Below, in pieces: positions 26,901-38,613 of a stretch of 64,000 nucleotides of DNA. A program made the position numbers and the translations under genes. The notes under the pieces are model-generated. The model was not told where the DNA came from. It ran no database searches and saw only the letters and a list, made by a program, of their open reading frames with translations. Source of the stretch: Blepharisma stoltei ATCC 30299 (Eukaryota > Protista > Ciliophora); NCBI GenBank assembly GCA_965603825.1, contig CBFDEM010000063.1, positions 496,227-560,226 on the forward strand, given 5' to 3'. How positions within the stretch are numbered: position 1 is the stretch's first letter; the number at the start of each line of letters is the position of its first letter.

Positions 26901-27649
26901 TTACTTATTTGTGGTATTAATAAATTTCCCTTTCATGATTTGCACCATCAGTTCTTTGTCCATAAATTCATAGTCTTTTGGAATGTAGAGCCTATGCCTT
27001 TCTTCTTGGTAATATTTTACCCATGGTTTATTTTTGGCATCGTCAGGGATTTCGAAATAGGATACTTCAGTAGGAAATAAATCGTCTTTCAGCCTTATAG
27101 AGTCTTCGTATTTTATAGGCGGAGTTAAAAAGTTAATAGGCATTGTATAAAAGTATTTTTTGCTTCTTCTTCCAAGCCAACTTAAATACCCAATATCTAT
27201 ATGAATTCCATCTCTATTAAGCTTTACTTCATGGATAGTAATTGATTGATGAGCCAAAATCGCCCAATTTCTCCACAGACTATACACCCCATAAAATAAG
27301 AACACAGGCAAACACAATGGCTCTTGATTAACTCTATTTGACAATTACATGGCCATGGATTCTTTGCTAAAAGAAAAAAACTTCCTATTGTTGTAGTGAG
27401 ACGTCCTAAGAACCTCCCCATTGTTTTCATAAATGTAGGCTGATAGGAGTACACAAGGAGGCTTCCACTTTCATCAAATTCAAGAATTTTAGATGGGCTG
27501 TAAACATTGACTCTATTTTGAAGTTACTGAGAAGGCTTTTCACGTAACGGTTTTGGCTCCCAAGGGTTTACAAGTTTTTTTGCAGGGGATTTGACTGTTT
27601 TCTTTGTATTGACTAAGGACCCAAAGTTCTTTAATACAGCTTTGAGCAT
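26901..27649 (-). CDS. small membrane protein with basic N-terminus (possibly mitochondrial); two tiny introns
   Basis: ATG 27649 MLKAVLKNFGSLV...; 15-nt intron 27513-27527 removes an in-frame TAA. A second intron near 27332-27348 is needed to reach the 3' ORF, with a frame ambiguity (see findings). Confidence 0.7.
27513..27527 (-). other. 15-nt spliceosomal intron GTAACTTCAAAATAG
   Basis: GT..TAG, A at position 10, removes an in-frame stop. Confidence 0.85.
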
Positions 27650-27700
27650 ATTTAATCAAATAGGGTAGATATTTGTATACTTTTCATATACAAAATTAAA

Positions 27701-28513
27701 ATGGGATACCAAGCCCCTAGTCAGCTTTCATGCGAAATCAGCCTTTACATTCCTACTTATTTTCAGAACACAACCTTAATAGCTCATCTAAACAGAAAAA
27801 ATATCCCATATATCGTATTTTCTTCAGAAAAACACCACCCTAATTCTATTTTATTCTATCGGCATACTATTTCTTCCAAGGTAAACTCAGAAGAATTTTT
27901 AGTAAATAATAAAAAAGTCCTTGCGATATTATTAGAAGGCGATTTTAGTGACGAAAAAGAACTCCTGGAAGATTATTTATCAATTTACTATAAAAATAAA
28001 ATCCGAGTAATTTTGGTTCTGCAAGGGCTAAAAGAGGCCTTAGAAACAGTCCAATTTACACAGAGAAAAGGGTTCACCCATGAAACTTATGCAGAATGGG
28101 TAGCCCAAATGATGATAAAAGGGGTTGATTGTATAGAAACTGAGAATTTCCGAGATACTGCAGATTATTTAGAAAGGGTTATTAACACCTTAAATAATGG
28201 GCCATATAGACCTCTTCCTACTGTTTTTCATTTACAGTCTCGAAAGCTCTCAGTAAATCATAATATACCCAAATCTTCAGCTTTGTGAGCAAGTCAACTG
28301 ATAAATATTCCTGGAATTTCTGAAAGTAAGGCAAAATCCATTATTGATATGTACCCAACTTTAAGCTCGCTGATGGAAGCTTATGAAAATGAAGAAAAAT
28401 CAGAAGCAGAAAAGAAATTAATTTTGGCACAGATTGGGGAGAGAAAGGAGAAAAAAAATTCAAGCAAAATTTATAGGTTTTATACAAGTAAAAATCCTGA
28501 TGAAATTTTGTAA
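27701..28513 (+). CDS. EME1: EME1/MMS4-like crossover-junction endonuclease subunit (ERCC4-like + HhH)
   Basis: With TGA=W the C-terminus reads LWASQLINIPGISESKAKSIIDMYPTLSSLMEAY...SSKIYRFYTSKNPDEIL, the EME1-type tail. TAA 28511-28513. Confidence 0.8.
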
Positions 28514-29955
28514 GAATTTTAATTTAAATTATTTTTTCGGTTTTATTAACAATTGGATTAATTAAGCTGCATTATTTTGCACAATTTTTTGCTTGATTAT
28601 TACTCTGAGCAATTAATGACAGATAAACCTGAAGCTAATTTGGGTTTGAAAATTTTCTTTCAGAAAATTACGCACCTTGATTGCAAAATTTCAAGTTTAA
28701 AATAGGATTCATAATTAGACTTAAGAAATCAGCAGGGTCTCGGAAAACATAACACAGAGATTCATAGTCTCTTCTATTAAAATAAATTATCAATTTTTTT
28801 CAAATAAAATATATTTAAACGTATTAGTCTTATTAGGAAATTCCTTTTTAATATTTCATATCACCCTAAATTTATCAAATACTGAACTTTTATCTTTAAA
28901 TGAAAAATTTCGAATATTCTTACTAAAGATGGTAATTTGTGAGGTTTGGAGTTGAGGAATAAGGCTTAAGGGTTCTTCATTAATAACGCAATTAATTAAA
29001 TATAATGTAAAATATACTAGTTGCATACAATAAATGCCTTCATGCCATTCACTATAACATATTACCAATAAAAGCTCTCAAGTATTTTATTTAGTTTTAG
29101 CATTTTCATATCAAATTAACATTCCTAAAATAGTGATCTTCCTTAGAATAACCTATTCAAATTTTCATAGACGAAGACTTTCTATCATCAAGCTAATTCA
29201 TTAAAATATTAGCCAGATATTACTTTATTAAAGACTTTAAACGTTTTTCTTCTCATTTTAATCTTGATCTTCTCATAAAAAGGTGAATTATTTGCTTCAG
29301 CTTATGTTACGTTTCTTTCTTCGGATTAAGTAAATAATGAGCTTGCTGATACATCAGGCCTAGTTCTTCTTCTATCTGCTTTTGCTTATTGGCTTCTTCC
29401 TTTTGGCTTCATATTCTTGTCTCTCTTCATAAGCATAAAATTTTCTTTTTCTTTTAAATTGCTCCTTTTCATCTCAAATCTTTAGCTATCTTAGCATAGA
29501 AGCCTCATATAAGCTTTTATTCAGAGCTCTTGCAATTGTCCTTTCAGTTTCATTATTTTATTAAGCTCTTCATAACTCGAACTTTTAAAATTAGCCGTTT
29601 TTATAAAATTAAGCCTTTCAAACCCATCATCGCAATTTCAAATAATTCTTCAAGTCTCAACAATTTCAATAATAAGGCAAATATCAGCTTCGTATAATTA
29701 TTATTTTGCTTAAAACTATATTTTGCAAGTAAATTCTTAACTAAAATTAATTATTTTTTAAAATCATTTAATTAGGCCTTATAAAGCTGCTGAGACTTGT
29801 CCAAATTCTCACGGTCAAATATTTCAATTTGCTTTTGATCACCTATGAAAAATTTTAGGAAAAAGTGTGCTGTTTTGCATGTATCTTCTTGAAAGTCTGC
29901 CATATTTTTATGGATAAAACGGCTAAGAGAAATCTAGCGATTATAATAAATACAA

Positions 29956-32109
29956 ATGAAAATCGCTATCTTACTTATACTCAGCTTAACTGCGTTTGGG
30001 ATAAGAAATGATGTGTACAAGTCAATGTTCTTACAGCAAGACAGTGCTACAACTTCCACGACTAGTTCTGTGTCATCAGCGGAAGCATCTGCATATGTAG
30101 AAGAGGCAGCATCTGAAGTTAGTTCAACAACTGAAGAAGCAAGTGAAGAAGCAGAAACATACGTTGAGAGTGGAGAAGCAGAAGCTGATGCTGAAGAAGC
30201 TGAATCTACTGCTGAAGAAGCAGCTGAAACAACTGAAGAAGCAGCTGAAGAAGTTGAAGAAGAAGCTGAAACAGCTGAAGAAGAATCTAGTGAATCAACT
30301 GAATCAACTGAATCAACTGAAACAACTGAAACAACTGAAACAACTGAAACAACTGAAACAACTGAAACTACCTTTTTCATTCAAGAAGAAATTTTAAGCT
30401 ACTCTGAAGCCAAAGCTGCTGCTCAAGAATATGTTGAAAGTGGAGAAGCCGAAAGCGACGCTTATGCAGCTGAAGCAACTGTTGATTATTACTTTGAATC
30501 TGGAGAAGCTGAATCCGATGCTGAAGCAACAGAAGCAGATGCTGACCAATATGTTGAATCAGGAGAAGCATCAGCCGATGCAGCAAAAGTTGAAGAAGCC
30601 GCTGAAGAGTATGTTGAGAGTGGAGAAGCAGCACAAGATGCCGAAAAAGCAGACCAAGCTAAAGATGAAGCTGCTGAAGATGCTGGTGAAGAAGCTGCAG
30701 AATATGTTGAATCAGGAGAAGCTGAAGCAGACGCTCAAGAAGCTGAAGCTGCCGCAGAAGCTGCAGAAGCTGATGCCGAAGCTGATGCTGAAGCTGAAGA
30801 TGAAACTGCAACATCTTTCGTACAACTTGAAGAAATTTACAGTTACTCTGAACTTAAAGCTGCCGCTCAAGAATACGTAGAATCAGGACAAGCTGAAAGC
30901 GATGCTCAAACAGCCTCAGTCGAAGCTGAAGCATATGTTGAATCTGGAGAAGCAGAAGCCGATGCTGAAGCCGCTGAAGCTGATGCCGACCAATATGTCG
31001 AATCAGGACAAGCATCTGCCGATGCAGCACAAGCTGAAGAAGCCGCTGAAGAATACGTTGAAAGCGGACAAGCAGCAGAAGATGCCGAAAAAGCTGATGA
31101 AGCCCACGATGAAGCAGTTGAAGCCGCTGGCGACGAAGCTGCAGAATACGTTGAATCAGGAGAAGCTGAAGCAGACGCTCAAGAAGCTGAAGCTGCCGCA
31201 GAAGCTGCAGAAGCTGATGCTGAAGCTGAAGATGAAGCTGCAACCTCTTTCGTACAACTTGAAGAAATTTACAGCTACTCTGAACTTAAAGCTGCCGCTC
31301 AAGAATACGTAGAATCTGGACAAGCTGAAAGCGATGCTCAAACTGCCTCAGTCGAAGCTGAAGCATATGTTGAATCTGGAGAAGCAGAAGCTGATGCTGA
31401 AGCCGCCGAAGCTGATGCCGACCAATATGTCGAATCAGGACAAGCCTCAGCCGATGCAGCACAAGCTGAAGAAGCCGCTGAAGAATACGTTGAAAGCGGA
31501 CAAGCAGCAGAAGATGCCGAAAAAGTTGATGAAGCCTACGATGAAGCAGTTGAAGCCGCTGGCGACGAAGCTGCAGAATACGTTGAATCAGGAGAAGCTG
31601 AAGCAGACGCTCAAGAAGCTGAAGCTGCCGCAGAAGCTGCAGAAGCTGATGCTGAAGCTGAAGATGAAGCAACCACAACTCTCTTCTTACAAACAGAAGA
31701 AGAAATTTACAGTTACTCTGAGATTAAAGCCGCAGTTCAAGATTACATAGGATCAGGACAAGCTGAAACTGATGCTCAGGAAGCTTCAGTTGCAATTCAA
31801 AGCTATGTTGAATCTGGAGAAGCCGAAGCTGACTATGAAGCAGCTGAAGCTGATGCTGAAGCCTATGTCTCATCAGGACAAGCAGAATCAGACGCAGCAG
31901 AGGCTGAGGCAGCTGCTGAGGAGTACGTAGAATCTGGACAAGCAGCTGAAGATGCTGAAAAAATCGATGATGCAGAGGATGAAGCAGCTAAAGAAGCAGC
32001 AAAAGACACTTATGAATACGTTGATAGTGGAGAAGCAGAAGCAGATGCTGAGGCAGCAGAAGAAGCAGCTGAGGAGGTAGAAGAAGATATCGAAGATGAA
32101 ACAGAATAA
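29956..32109 (+). CDS. secreted, extremely acidic (E/A/D) repeat polyprotein with 4 ~144-aa modules
   Basis: Signal peptide MKIAILLILSLTAFG; modules start at F-[ILV]-Q-(L/T)EEI(Y/L)SYSE; internal YVESG(E/Q)A subrepeats. Confidence 0.92.
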   Translation: MKIAILLILSLTAFGIRNDVYKSMFLQQDSATTSTTSSVSSAEASAYVEEAASEVSSTTEEASEEAETYVESGEAEADAEEAESTAEEAAETTEEAAEEVEEEAETAEEESSESTESTESTETTETTETTETTETTETTFFIQEEILSYSEAKAAAQEYVESGEAESDAYAAEATVDYYFESGEAESDAEATEADADQYVESGEASADAAKVEEAAEEYVESGEAAQDAEKADQAKDEAAEDAGEEAAEYVESGEAEADAQEAEAAAEAAEADAEADAEAEDETATSFVQLEEIYSYSELKAAAQEYVESGQAESDAQTASVEAEAYVESGEAEADAEAAEADADQYVESGQASADAAQAEEAAEEYVESGQAAEDAEKADEAHDEAVEAAGDEAAEYVESGEAEADAQEAEAAAEAAEADAEAEDEAATSFVQLEEIYSYSELKAAAQEYVESGQAESDAQTASVEAEAYVESGEAEADAEAAEADADQYVESGQASADAAQAEEAAEEYVESGQAAEDAEKVDEAYDEAVEAAGDEAAEYVESGEAEADAQEAEAAAEAAEADAEAEDEATTTLFLQTEEEIYSYSEIKAAVQDYIGSGQAETDAQEASVAIQSYVESGEAEADYEAAEADAEAYVSSGQAESDAAEAEAAAEEYVESGQAAEDAEKIDDAEDEAAKEAAKDTYEYVDSGEAEADAEAAEEAAEEVEEDIEDETE
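30292..30370 (+). repeat. 9-bp coding minisatellite (GAAWCAACT)n encoding EST/ETT
   Basis: Directly visible tandem repeat. Confidence 0.9.
30373..32100 (+). repeat. ~432-bp coding tandem repeat, 4 units; units 2 and 3 near-identical
   Basis: Motif starts at 30373, 30814, 31246, 31681 (spacings 441, 432, 435). Confidence 0.92.
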
Positions 32110-32351
32110 ATGGAAAAACCTAGAAGATAATTAATATAATTTTACTTTATTTCAAATCCATAGCTTTAAATTAATAAATTCTAGTCAGAAATTGTAAATA
32201 AAAATTTTTAAGCTTAATAAATTAATTAATTATTTGATATTAAGTTATTCTTTAGTAATAATTAAATTTTTGGAATAACAGTATAATAAGAATCCTTAAG
32301 ATTTACTAGTTTTCTAGTTAATTTTACCCTTATTTTTAAACTTTTCGTTAA

Positions 32352-33557
32352 TTAAAAGCTGAGAAATGCTAATCCAAGTCCTATCAACGACAGATAAACT
32401 CCACTATCATCATCCATCTTTGCATTAGATAATGCAAAGCCTAATCTTTGGTTATCCATGTCAAAATTGATATAGTATCTTCTAATGAACGAGTCTCCTA
32501 AAAGCCAATAATCATCTTCTTGTGGAAAGATAATTAATAAATATTTTCCCTTGACTTTATACATATAGTCGTGTGGTGCTAATTCCAAAGTAATTCCTGC
32601 TGCTTGGAAATAGATGCTTGGGAGTTCTGAAGAGATTTTATCGCAAAAGATAAGTCCTTCACCATCTTGCTTGCATCCAAAAGTTTTAGAGCTTGTAAGA
32701 AATGCAGAAATCGCAGTTACATCTTTAAGAGGTGCATATATGAAACTTGTTCCTGTATCAATAATCCCAGTAATAGCAATATCAAGAATGGTTGTTCCAA
32801 AAAGAGTTTGGGTGAAAGAAATTTCCCAAAAATCAGGAGGATTTTTGGCTACTAAGTCGACATAAATAAAAGCAGTCTGATTAGAGTATTTTGCTAGATC
32901 ATACCCTTCAACCATAAGGTTTGACTGTGGTGAGCTTCCTTCATAGTTTAAGAAAAATGCGAAAGTCCTTGATGTGATTTTCTTTTGGGTTTGTAATACC
33001 GTCATCAGTGAAGGATATCCCTGTCCCAAATCGTCAAATGCAAAACCAATGAGGCCATCTGGAGCGAACCCTGTATCGTTTGTTTCCTTGGTAGCCATTA
33101 AAAAGGCGTATTGAGTAGCATTTAGAACTGTGGAGTCACCAATTCCAACGACATCCGAAACCATTTCTCCTGAAGTTGAGCCAATCCCATATTCAATATC
33201 CATGGTCGCATCTAAATCTTTGAAAGTTGAGGACTTTGTAGGGTCATAAGTTTGATCACATTTGTGGCAATCTTCGCAGCCTTTTTTAACTACCCACAAT
33301 GTGGTGCTTCCAGTGTCGTATTGACAGGTGAATTTTTTGGCTGGAGTGCCAATAGAAATAACTCCATAATAAATTGTCTAAGTAGAAAATACATCGTCTC
33401 CATTTTTCAACATTGATGAGGTGCCAGCTTCTAATAAATTCTTTGCCCTGACTTTTTGGAAATGCTCCCAATGTTCTTCGTTTGATTTAAAGTGAGTGTC
33501 AAGGTCAATAGAAATCGATGCAAAAACTGCTGGGAGAATAAAATAGAGGAATTGCAT
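32352..33557 (-). CDS. pepsin-family (A1) aspartic protease with signal peptide and GPI-like tail; one 15-nt intron
   Basis: MQFLYFILPAVFA signal; after splicing YYGVISIGTP...YDTGSTTLWV and IIDTGTS (two DTG), WLLGDSFIRRYY. Confidence 0.95.
33378..33392 (-). other. 15-nt spliceosomal intron GTATTTTCTACTTAG
   Basis: Its TAG is the apparent stop between propeptide and mature domain; A at position 10. Confidence 0.9.
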
Positions 33558-35482
33558 TTTATTATGGTGAAATTTTAGGCTTGATGACATGGTTACAAAA
33601 ATGACGATAAAAATCTAACAATTTTAATTTGAAGAAAAAAGCTGATAATTGGAATGGGAATGATATATTGAATAAAACTAAAAAGTTTGTGAGGAATAAG
33701 AAAATAGAGAGGAGAAAAAATAGATATTATTTTAGAAAAATTCTTTGGCACAGTTTTTTTGGTTTCAACTAAATCGAAAAAAAATGCTTGAAAGAAATAG
33801 AAGATAAATGCAATTATAAAAGAAAATTCTGTCCAATTTGCATACATAATTGAAGGTTTTCAATCCATTTTCAACACTTTATATTTTATTAATTTTATTC
33901 ACCATTTACTCAAAGTCAAATAAGAATTCTAAAGTTTTAATTTTCATAGATTATAATTGCTATTATTTTTTATCAATTTTGAAATAAAGTTAAAGCGATT
34001 TTGCTATAAATTGCAGAAATTTGTTAGATTTTAGGAGTGAAAATGATTAAATTTCAAAGAATGAAGGCAATTAGATAATATTTCTTATTATAAGGATTAA
34101 AAGGTTAGATTAATTATTAAAATAGATATAGTGAGGAGCCAAAAAACAGATTAATATAAAATCATTATGCGCCTCTCTGCTAAATATCCTAGATTTTTTA
34201 TATAAATAATTAAAAAACCAAGAAAAATTTGAAAATACAAAAATAATTTATCATAAGAAATTTCTAAGTAACTCTGCAAGGATAGGAGATTTAGGGAGGG
34301 AAACTCTCTATTGTTTGTCGATTTCAAGTCATAAAACCAACTAGAGAAGGTTCATTTGCCAACCAGTCAGTCTCCTGCTCTTACAGGAAATTCTTATATT
34401 TAAAGAGAGTTCGTTTTCATTGGCTGCGCCTACCTCATTGATGCCCTGCAGAGTTTCAGAGATTATCATTCTCAAGCCTGGCCGAAATACCCTGCTTTTT
34501 CTAGATATGCTGTCTAAGATCTCCTAAATTTCCAATCCACGCGCAACCTAAGTTTCACCAAACTCCCTTCCAATGCGAGAACGCCTACATAAACTGGCTA
34601 TTATCAACTGAATAGACTCCCATTTTGCCATCAAACTTACATCCCCTTTTTCAGATCATCTTGAGGAAGAATTCAACAGCTTTTCCATTCAGTGCTAGTT
34701 ACAGTAGCAACTTAGGCAAGTAAGTCACCCTGTCTCATGTCTAGCATCCATCGAGTTTGGTGCTCTGGCAAAAAAGTTGAATTTATCTGCCCAAAAAGCC
34801 AGAACCAAAACCAACAGCTTTCGTTCTTGCGTCTCTCTTCTCAAGACTGCTAATAACATGGTTAAAAACCACTAAAAATCATGCTCGGCGTATATAAGGA
34901 CCTATGTCATAGAGGGACAGGCCATTCATCTTCAGATTTATTTATATAAAAATGCAAAAATAATTGAATTTTTTAATAGTTAAATACATGCACTACAGGA
35001 TCCTCAATCTATAGCAAAATCTATACTGACAATATCAGTATTTTCTACAAGCTCTTCTTATAAGTTAGAAAGACGACTGAAGCAACAAAAAAATTCAGCA
35101 GCTATAGCTAATAAATTCCAACGCTTAAAACATAATTTCACGAAAAGGGTTGCAGTCCGTTTAAAATCGTTCTCAGTAATCTGCATTATTTTATCATCAA
35201 AAGAGAACCACTTATCATCTAGAATTTGGGTAATGCCTTTATTAGTATTACTGGAGTCCCAATACTGTTTCCCCTCTTTTCCTTTCACTTGCTAGTAAAC
35301 AATAATAGAAAAATGCTTGATGTGCATTAGTTCTTCCTTAATTTTCTTTATATTAATTTAAAGAAAAGGATTATTGGTGAATTATTTTTGGATAGAGCTC
35401 TCTTAATGCATCCTGACGAACACTATGCTAACATTTCTATATAATAAAATTTACTGAGAGAAAAGATTCTAAATCGTTGTTA

Positions 35483-36370
35483 TTAGTGTCTATATGTCAC
35501 TTCAAATTTTAATTCTCTCCATATGGTGTTATTAGTCCCATTTCCATCATCAAAAGTTGTAAATCTCTCAGTACCCGCGACTCCTTCACCTGATTTATTT
35601 TTTCAATCTTTTGTCAAGCTATGAAATTTTCATTTCGCATCCCAAAAGCCACAATTATCAGGCTCAAAACGCTTTTTTCATTTTTCCATAGGGCAGCAAG
35701 AGCATACTGAGGTCAAAGAAAACACTCCATATCCATGGCATGAGATAACATTCTTCACAATTTTCATTTTTACATTGACCGATAAAACAGATGCCTGGTC
35801 TGACATGCCTCCATGGAGGGGCAGTTTCACTAAAGTCAATTTCTATTCTATTTTCAAAGTTATTAAAGTCATATAATTTCGCTAGCGCAAAACCTCCCCC
35901 AACCTTATAGGGTGTAACAGTAATCGTGTCATTATCCTTGATATTAATGTCAGGCCAATTATAATTTGCTGGACTTCATACAATTTTATTTTCTAAATGC
36001 CAAGTCTGATTTCTAATTGGAATTCCAAATTTATTCCTAATATAAAGTTTTAATCATCTAATGGACTTGCCATTATGAACTTCTATAACTTCACATTTTT
36101 CTAAAGGCTTTAAAATAATTCTGCAGGGCATCGAAACTTAATATTAGTCTGCAAATCTTCAATCATAACAAGCTCAAGAGGGTTTTGCAAATTCATAGTT
36201 TTCGTATCATAATCGTTCACTTCATCCCCTTTGTGATAATACATTTGAAGCCGAGATGGAATGCCAGATATTTCTTCAACTTGCTTTTTTATAGAGCAGA
36301 CTGAACCAGAATCTTCTGGAACGTTAATGACGTATTCCGCATAAAGGGATCTAATGATTATACTTGAAAT
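35483..36370 (-). pseudogene. frameshifted paralog of the di-UBL/Cys-rich gene
   Basis: Colinear with 37720-38613, but ATG is replaced by ATT and frameshifts occur near 36120, 35760 and 35600. Confidence 0.85.
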
Positions 36371-37719
36371 TCTACAATTATTAGCGAAAAATGCATTTCC
36401 AAAAAAGAGGTCAAACGATTCGCACTAATATTAAAAATTAGTTTAGAAATTATGATTATGATTTGAAATCCATGTCAGTCTATTCATTATTATAATTAAT
36501 CCTTATGATTTGTGATTGCTTATAAATAATTGTTGTCTTCGTTATGCAAAGCCGCCTCAAATATCACTATAAACGATAAAATTTTAATTAAAATATAAAA
36601 TGTACCAATTCTTGTAATGTATGCAATTGGTAGCAAATCTTTATGGTCTCATTTTTGATTCCATAACTTTAATCCCAATATTCACTATCGACATTTTCTT
36701 GTTTCTGCAAAGTTATTAGGAAATTGTAGATAAAGCTATTATCAGCAGGTTAGCATATAATATTTTTATGACTCTCCATAGAGTCAAAAACCACGTTAAA
36801 TATTATAATTAGCAGCTTGGTATATTTTTTATTAGTTTTCACCTAGATCAATTTTTCTTTGCTTTGGTTTAATTTTTAGCCCTAAATGAATGCTTGAATA
36901 AGAAAACTTACCTAAATAATCTATTTAAGGCTTTATTCATAATAAGCAAATTTATCCAAAGGCTTAAAATTAGAATTAGATGATAATTTAATGCCAAAAG
37001 CTCATAAGAAATGGCATTTAAGTCAATAATGCACCTTATTATAAACTTTTTGTGTTAGTTTATTTATTCTAAAATTCATGCATGATTAGAATCAGAAGAT
37101 AAACCATTTTCCTATTGCCAATATGATAGTTTTAAATATTTATGATTATCATTGATCAAGCAAATGGAATATTTAAAATGATGGCACTCGAGTTTTCTGT
37201 TATCTTGGACCAAAATTCACGGTATCATATTTTTTTTCAAAATTATCTTTATCTGGTGAACTAATCCCAGCTGTGGCAGAGTAGCAAAAGTTTGCTAAAC
37301 TGTGTAGAAATTATGAGCTTTAGATTATTCTTAAGAGCAGCAGCTACATCTAATGAATCCCAATACTCAAAATATAATACGTGAAAAAAATTGCAACCAT
37401 TTGAAGTTGCTCTAAGTAGCCTACATTATTTTATCATCAAAACAGAATAACTTATCAGCTAGAAGCTGGGTAGTGCCTTTATTAATATTCTTGCTGTCCC
37501 TAATACTTTTTCCTCTTTTCTTTTCCTTTTAGTCATTATAAACAATAAGGGGAAATGCTTGCTGCATTAGCTCTTACTTCATTTCGTTTATATAAATTTA
37601 AAAACTTTGGGTTATTGGTGATTTATTTTTGGATAAAGTTCTCTTAATACTGCCTGGCGAGCATCATGCTAAAATTTTTAAATAATAAAATTCCTTAAAG
37701 AAAGGATTTTAAATCGTTA

Positions 37720-38613
37720 TTATCATAGAGATATCACTTCAAATTTTAATTCTCTCCATTTAGTGCTATTTCCTTCTTCAAAAGTTGTAAATTTATCATA
37801 ACCGGCGGTTCCTTCACCTGTTTTTACTTCTCTCTTGTCTGTCAAGCCTCTAAATTTTCATTTTGCAAACCAAAAGCCACAATTATCAGGCTCAATATAC
37901 ATTTTGCAACCTTCCACAGGGCAACGCGAGGGTACTGAGGCCAAAGAAAATATTCCAAATCCATGGCATGAGATAACCTTCTTATTAAAAGCTGCACAAT
38001 TCTCATTTTTGCATATGCCGATAAAAGAGAGGCCTTTACTGACATACCTCCATGGAGGGGCAGTTTCACTAAACCCAATTTCTATTATTTTTTCCAAGTC
38101 ATTAAAGTCAATTTCTAACGTTGGCGGACCTCCCCCACGTACATCCTCAACAACTTTAATTAGATTAATCCGCTTGATATCAATATATTCACCGGATTTT
38201 GCAGGTCGTATATACCTATCCTCATAGAACCAATTCTGTTTTCTAATTGGAATTCTAAAATTATCCCTAACGTAAAGGCATAATAGTCTAATGGGCTCGC
38301 CATTATGGACAGATATAGCCTTTGTCTTATCATATACATTAATCACAATACGGCAGATTTCTTCGGAGCATCGAAACCTAATATTACGCGGATCTAAATC
38401 ATAAGTTCTAACAAGCTGAAGAGGGTTTTGCAAATCCATAGTTCTTGTATCATAATTGTACACTTCTTCCCCTAAGTGATAATATTCTTGAAGCTCATTT
38501 GGAATGCCAGATATCTCTTCAACTTGATTTGCTATAGAGTAGACTGAACCAAATGTTTCTGGAACGTTAATGACGTATTCCCCATAAATTGATGTAATGC
38601 TTAGACTTGGCAT
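37720..38613 (-). CDS. two ubiquitin-like domains + RGGG + Cys-rich C-terminal domain (297 aa)
   Basis: QVEEISGIPNELQEYY and DNFRIPIRKQNWFY (the UBL GIP..Q motif twice), VRGGG, then APPWRYVSKGLSFIGICKNENC...CP...C...CGF..KW. Ends TGA-TAA. Confidence 0.8.

Noticed and set aside
28856-29700. Short ORFs and coding-like skew
   Set aside because: No sustained frame even with UGA=Trp.
29934-31750. Long alternative-frame and antisense ORFs (KLKQ- or LQLL-rich) over the acidic protein
   Set aside because: By-products of the GAA/GCT repeat composition; only the 29956 frame has a signal peptide and runs uninterrupted.
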